From Armatimonadota bacterium (GTDB lineage: Bacteria > Armatimonadota > Zipacnadia > Zipacnadales > UBA5352), in NCBI GenBank assembly GCA_034722055.1, contig JAYENL010000176.1:1-32340 (forward strand): a DNA stretch of 32,340 nt, given 5' to 3'. Within the stretch, counting starts at the first letter, position 1, and every line of letters begins with the position of its first letter. Shown piece after piece: positions 27,901 through 32,340 of the stretch. The notes under the pieces are model-generated. The model ran no database searches. It saw only the letters and a program-made list of their open reading frames with translations, and was not told the origin of the DNA. The translations under genes were made by a program, and so were the position numbers.

Positions 27901-29361
27901 ATGAGGCTGCACGAGCTGACAGCATCTGAGCTGAGCGAGCGTCTGGCCTCAGGCGAGACGTCCGCGGCGGAGGTCGCTGAGGCGCACTCCGCGCGCATCG
28001 ACGAGGTTGAGGAGCGCGTTGACGCCTTCATCGAGCTGACGCGGGAGCGGGCGCTGGAGCAGGCGCGGCAGGTTGACGACTGGCGCGCGGGCGGCGAGAA
28101 GCTCGGTCCGCTGGCGGGCGTCCCCATCGCGATCAAGGACGTCCTGTGCACCAGGGGCGTGCCCACCACCTGCTGCTCGAAGATCCTGGAGGGCTTCAGA
28201 CCGCCCTACGATGCCACCACCGTGCGGCGCTGCCGCAACGCCGGCATGCCCATGCTGGGCAAGACCAACATGGACGAGTTCGCCATGGGGTCATCGACGG
28301 AGAACTCGGCCTTCAAGATCACCCGCAACCCCTGGGACCTGGAGCGAGTTCCCGGCGGCTCATCGGGCGGCTCGGCGGCGGCGGTGGCGGCGGGCGAGGC
28401 TCCCGTCGCGCTGGGCTCGGACACCGGCGGCTCCATCCGCCAGCCGGCTGCCCTGTGCGGCATCACCGGCCTCAAGCCCACCTACGGGCGCGTCTCGCGC
28501 TACGGGCTGATCGCCTACGCCTCCTCGCTCGACCAGGTGGGGCCGCTGGCGCGCGACGTCCGCGACTGCGCGCTGGTCATGAACGTGCTGGCGGGCAAGG
28601 ACCAGCGGGACGCCACCTCGGCCGAGATCGACGTGCCGGATTACGTGGAGGCCCTGACCGGCGAGGTCTCCGATCTGCGGGCGGGCGTGCCCATGGAGCT
28701 GATGGGCGAGGGCATCGACCCGCAGGTGAGGTCCACGGTGGAGGCGGCCATCGGCGAACTTGAGGAGCTGGGCCTGGCGGTCGAGGAGGTTGAGATGCCC
28801 AACCTCGACTTCTCGCTGCCGGTCTACTACCTCATCGCCCCGGCGGAGGCGGCCAGCAACCTGGCGCGCTACGACGGCGTCCGCTACGGCCATCGCACCG
28901 GGGAGGACGTGGACGACATCTACGATCTGGTCGCCAAGAGCCGCGGTGAGGGCTTCGGACCCGAGGTGCGGCTGCGCATCATGCTGGGGACCTTCGCCCT
29001 CAGCGCCGGGTACTACGATGCCTACTACCTGAAGGCCCAGAAGGTGCGCACGCTCATCAAGCGGGACTTCGACGCGGCCTTCGAGGACCACGACGTGCTG
29101 CTCTCCCCCACCTCGCCGACGGTGGCCTTCGGCATTGGCGAGAAGGCCGACGATCCGCTGCAGATGAAGCTGGCGGACATCTGCACGATCCCCGTGAACC
29201 TGGCCGGCATTCCGGCGCTGTCGATCCCCTGCGGGATGGCTGACGGCATGCCGGTGGGCCTGCAGATCATGGGCCGGCCCTTCGAGGAAGACGTGATCAT
29301 GCGCGTGGGCGACGCCTATCAGCAGGCCACGGGCTGGCACACGAAGCGGCCGGAGCTGTAG
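27901..29361 (+). CDS. gatA: Asp-tRNA(Asn)/Glu-tRNA(Gln) amidotransferase subunit A
   Basis: Amidase signature GKTNMDEFAMGSS, PGGSSGGSAAAV, GSDTGGSIRQPA, plus GatA-typical NLARYDG and SAGYYDAYYLKAQKVR. Confidence 0.98.
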   Translation: MRLHELTASELSERLASGETSAAEVAEAHSARIDEVEERVDAFIELTRERALEQARQVDDWRAGGEKLGPLAGVPIAIKDVLCTRGVPTTCCSKILEGFRPPYDATTVRRCRNAGMPMLGKTNMDEFAMGSSTENSAFKITRNPWDLERVPGGSSGGSAAAVAAGEAPVALGSDTGGSIRQPAALCGITGLKPTYGRVSRYGLIAYASSLDQVGPLARDVRDCALVMNVLAGKDQRDATSAEIDVPDYVEALTGEVSDLRAGVPMELMGEGIDPQVRSTVEAAIGELEELGLAVEEVEMPNLDFSLPVYYLIAPAEAASNLARYDGVRYGHRTGEDVDDIYDLVAKSRGEGFGPEVRLRIMLGTFALSAGYYDAYYLKAQKVRTLIKRDFDAAFEDHDVLLSPTSPTVAFGIGEKADDPLQMKLADICTIPVNLAGIPALSIPCGMADGMPVGLQIMGRPFEEDVIMRVGDAYQQATGWHTKRPEL

Positions 29362-29564
29362 GCAGTCGAGGGGGGCCGGCTTCGTTGGGGCTCATCGCCC
29401 CTCCTCAGGTCGGCCCCTCGTCGTGATGTCGCGCATTGGTTTCGCGTGGGCGCCCCGACCGGGGCGCTCGCTTCGTGTACGAGTGCGCGTCCGGAAAGGA
29501 CACCGCCCGCGCAGAAGCGAATACCTCTCCTGCGCGGCAGAGCTACGCGAGGGAGGGGAGCGCC

Positions 29565-30506
29565 ATGCCGAACCGCACTGAGAGGCCGCTGAGTTGCTCC
29601 TTCTGCGGCCGACGTAAGGACCAGGTGACGGAGCTGATCGCCGGGCCCGGCGTCTACATCTGCGCCGACTGCGTGGAGCTGTGCAACCAGATCCTCCAGG
29701 GCAAGCAGGAGCGAGAGCTGGGACAGACGCCGGCCATGCACGAGCGGCTCGCGGACCTCGTCGAGATGTCGCGCGAGCTGGGCGACCCCGGCAGCGACTA
29801 CCTCCTCCTGGGCGAGGGCAACACCTCCGCAGCCGCGGACGAGGAGAGCTTCTTCGTGAAGGCCTCGGGCGTGTGCCTCGGGGAGATCGACGAGAGCGGC
29901 TTCGTGCGCGTCTCGCGGGAGGCGGTCAGAGCGCTGCTGGGCGAGGAGGCGCTGACCGACGACGAAATCGCGGAAGGCCTGCGCGAGGCCGCCATCGAGC
30001 CCGAGGGCCTGCGACCGTCCGTGGAGACCTTCCTGCACGCCATGCTGCTGGACCTGCCGGGCATCGAGTTCGTGGGGCACTCGCACCCCACCGCCGTGAA
30101 CGCGCTGTTGTGCTCGCAGCAACCTGAGGAGGCGGTGCGCGGACGGCTGTTCCCGGACGAGGTGGTGTGCTGCGGCCCGGAATCGGCGTGGGTGCCCTAC
30201 ACCGACCCGGGCCTGCCGCTGGCGCACGCGGTCGGGGAAGCGGTGGATGCGTACGTCGAGCGCTGGAACGATGCGCCCGTGGTCATCCTGATGCAGAACC
30301 ACGGTCTGATCGCGCTCGGCGCAACGCCCGCGGAGGTGCTCAACGCCACGGCCATGGCCGTCAAGTCCGCCTGGATCCGCCTGGGAGCCGCCGCCTGGGG
30401 CGGCTTCCGCTCGCTGTCGGAGAGCGAGCTGGATCGAATCTACACCCGGCCCGATGAGGAATACCGCCGCGAGCTGCTCTCGCGCATGGGCAAACGCGAC
30501 GGCTGA
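29565..30506 (+). CDS. Fusion of a ClpX-type C4 zinc finger and a class II aldolase/adducin domain
   Basis: CSFCG…[15 protein letters not shown] is in frame with [22 protein letters not shown] and MQNHGL; GGAGG-rich RBS before ATG 29565. Confidence 0.88.
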   Translation: MPNRTERPLSCSFCGRRKDQVTELIAGPGVYICADCVELCNQILQGKQERELGQTPAMHERLADLVEMSRELGDPGSDYLLLGEGNTSAAADEESFFVKASGVCLGEIDESGFVRVSREAVRALLGEEALTDDEIAEGLREAAIEPEGLRPSVETFLHAMLLDLPGIEFVGHSHPTAVNALLCSQQPEEAVRGRLFPDEVVCCGPESAWVPYTDPGLPLAHAVGEAVDAYVERWNDAPVVILMQNHGLIALGATPAEVLNATAMAVKSAWIRLGAAAWGGFRSLSESELDRIYTRPDEEYRRELLSRMGKRDG

Positions 30507-30534
30507 GCCGCCATCGATACCGGAGGATGTGCGC

Positions 30535-32340
30535 ATGAGCGACTACGAGAGCTTCGTGGATGGCACCTGTGCCCTCCCCGAGACCAACGTGGCCTGGCCG
30601 CTGTACGGGACGGGGCTTGAGAATCTGGGCGATGACCGGAAACCGGCGGCGTGGGAGATGCCGGAGATCGGCCCTGATGAGCTGCTGGCGCGCGTGGACG
30701 CCTGCGGGCTGTGCTTCTCGGACATCAAGGTGATACGCCTGGGGCCTCAGCACCCCCGCATCTTCGGCCGCGACATGGAGAGCGATCCGGTGGTGCTGGG
30801 CCACGAGGTGGCGCTGACCATCGTGCAGGTGGGCGAGGAGCGAGCCGACGACTTCCAGGTCGGCGACCGCTTCGTGGTGCAGGCGGAGATCTACTACCAT
30901 GGCGAGAACCTGGCCTTCGGGTACGCCCTCCACGGCGGGCTGGAGCAGTACGTGGGCATCGGCCGGGAGATCCTGGACGGCGACGACGGCTGCTACCTCA
31001 TCCCCATCCCCGACGACATCGGCTACTCCGAGGCGGGGCTGGCCGAGCCCTGGGCCTGCGTGGTGTGCGCCTACCGCGTCGAGCACCGCAAGAACCTGGC
31101 CGAGGGGGGCGTCGCGGCGGTGGTGGGCGGAGAGGGCTGCCGCGAGGGCTTCCGGCCCGGCCGACTGGCCGACGGCCCGGCACCGTCGGTGATCGTCACG
31201 CTCAACCCGCCTGCGGGTGTCGAGGACCTGCTGCAGACCGCGGCCTCATACGGCGTGCGTATCATCCGGGCCTCCAGCGAGCAGGAGCTGGCCGAGATCG
31301 CCGCCGAGCGCGGCGGCATCGACGACCTGGTGCTGCTGGACCCGAGCCCCGATCAAGTGGAATCGCTGGCAGAGCACCTCGCCGATGACGGCGTACTGTG
31401 CCTGATGATCGACGAGCCGCTGGAGCGGCCGGTGGCCGTGGACGCCGGGCGCATCCACTACGACGGCACGCGCTACGTCGGCGCCGCCGGGCTGGATATC
31501 AGCGAGGCCTACACGGCCACGCGCTCCGTCCAGGCGGTCGAGGGCGGCAGGATGTTGATCGTGGGCGCGGCCGGGCCGATGGGTCAGATGCACGTGCAGC
31601 GGGCCCTGGAGCACCCGACCGGGCCCTCCCTGGTGGTGGCCACGGACATCGACGATGAGCGGCTGGCGACGCTGCCGGAGCGCTACGGGGCGATGGCGGA
31701 GAAGAGTGGTCGCGAGCTGGTGGCGATCAACCCGGCGGCGCTGGGGCCGGAGGCGACCGCGGCGCGGATGGCGGAGCTGGCGCCGCAGGGCTTCGACGAC
31801 GTGGTGGTGCTGGTGCCGGCGGCTCCGGTCATCGGCCAGAGCGCCGGATACCTGGGCGAGAGGGGCATGTACAACATCTTCGCGGGCGTGGCACGCGGCA
31901 CCATGGTGGAGATGGACGTCTCCGACGTGGCGCTGAAGGGCGTCCGCTATACGGGCACCAGCGGCTCGGCCATCGAGGACCTGCGGACCACCATCGACAT
32001 GACCGACCGCGGGGAGCTGGCCCCCAATCGCGCGGTGGCGGCCATCGGCGGGATCGGCGCGGTCTGGGAGGGGCTCCGGGCGGTGAAGGAGGGCGACCTG
32101 ACCGGCAAGGCGGTGATCTATCCGCACGTGCGCGACCTCCCGCTGACGCCACTGGAGGAACTCGCGGACGTGGAGTCGGAGGTGGCGGAGCAGCTCGACC
32201 AGGCGGGGGCGTGGACCAAGGCGGCCGAGGAGACGCTGCTCCGGCGACACGTCCGCGGCTGCCCCAGTCCGGCTCAGGGGCCGTACAGAAACCTGGAGGA
32301 CCGGGTGGCGCTGGTCACCGGCGGCGCGCAGGGGCTGGGG
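30535..32340 (+). CDS. Zn-dependent medium-chain dehydrogenase (sorbose-1-phosphate reductase-like) fused to the start of an SDR domain; truncated by the window end
   Basis: Manual translation from ATG 30535 (GGAGG RBS) has no stop to the window end: CGLCFSDIK, LGHE, LAEPWACV, IVGAAGPMG, then LEDRVALVTGGAQGLG. Absent from the ORF track. Confidence 0.88.
   Translation, partial: MSDYESFVDGTCALPETNVAWPLYGTGLENLGDDRKPAAWEMPEIGPDELLARVDACGLCFSDIKVIRLGPQHPRIFGRDMESDPVVLGHEVALTIVQVGEERADDFQVGDRFVVQAEIYYHGENLAFGYALHGGLEQYVGIGREILDGDDGCYLIPIPDDIGYSEAGLAEPWACVVCAYRVEHRKNLAEGGVAAVVGGEGCREGFRPGRLADGPAPSVIVTLNPPAGVEDLLQTAASYGVRIIRASSEQELAEIAAERGGIDDLVLLDPSPDQVESLAEHLADDGVLCLMIDEPLERPVAVDAGRIHYDGTRYVGAAGLDISEAYTATRSVQAVEGGRMLIVGAAGPMGQMHVQRALEHPTGPSLVVATDIDDERLATLPERYGAMAEKSGRELVAINPAALGPEATAARMAELAPQGFDDVVVLVPAAPVIGQSAGYLGERGMYNIFAGVARGTMVEMDVSDVALKGVRYTGTSGSAIEDLRTTIDMTDRGELAPNRAVAAIGGIGAVWEGLRAVKEGDLTGKAVIYPHVRDLPLTPLEELADVESEVAEQLDQAGAWTKAAEETLLRRHVRGCPSPAQGPYRNLEDRVALVTGGAQGLG

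Overview
Very GC-rich bacterial DNA; gene style resembles Armatimonadota/PVC-type organisms (inference). It is mostly an accessory carbohydrate and sulfate catabolism region. It encodes an alpha/beta hydrolase, a heparinase II/III-like protein, an MgtC/DUF4010 membrane protein, a large secreted multi-domain putative glycosidase, a GyrI-like protein, an amidohydrolase, a ceramidase-like hydrolase, a sulfatase, a LamG+GHL10 protein, an EamA transporter, DUF2188, a URO-D-fold protein, a sugar-phosphate isomerase, two tandem DUF4838-like paralogues and a histidine phosphatase. It ends with gatC-gatA (no adjacent gatB) and a sugar/polyol module built from two unusual fusions: a ClpX-type C4 zinc finger joined to a class II aldolase, and an MDR dehydrogenase joined to an SDR that runs off the window. 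The most notable items are missing from the ORF track. (1) An 18-codon 'prepilin leader only' gene, MRRRGFTLIELLVVIAII*, with its own promoter, RBS and terminator-like hairpin. (2) A ~380-nt nested multi-stem element at 18770-19147. (3) A family of modular REP/BIME-like palindromic repeats preceded by heptamer runs, one pair showing a compensatory base-pair swap. All calls come from reading motifs by eye; no database searches were run.
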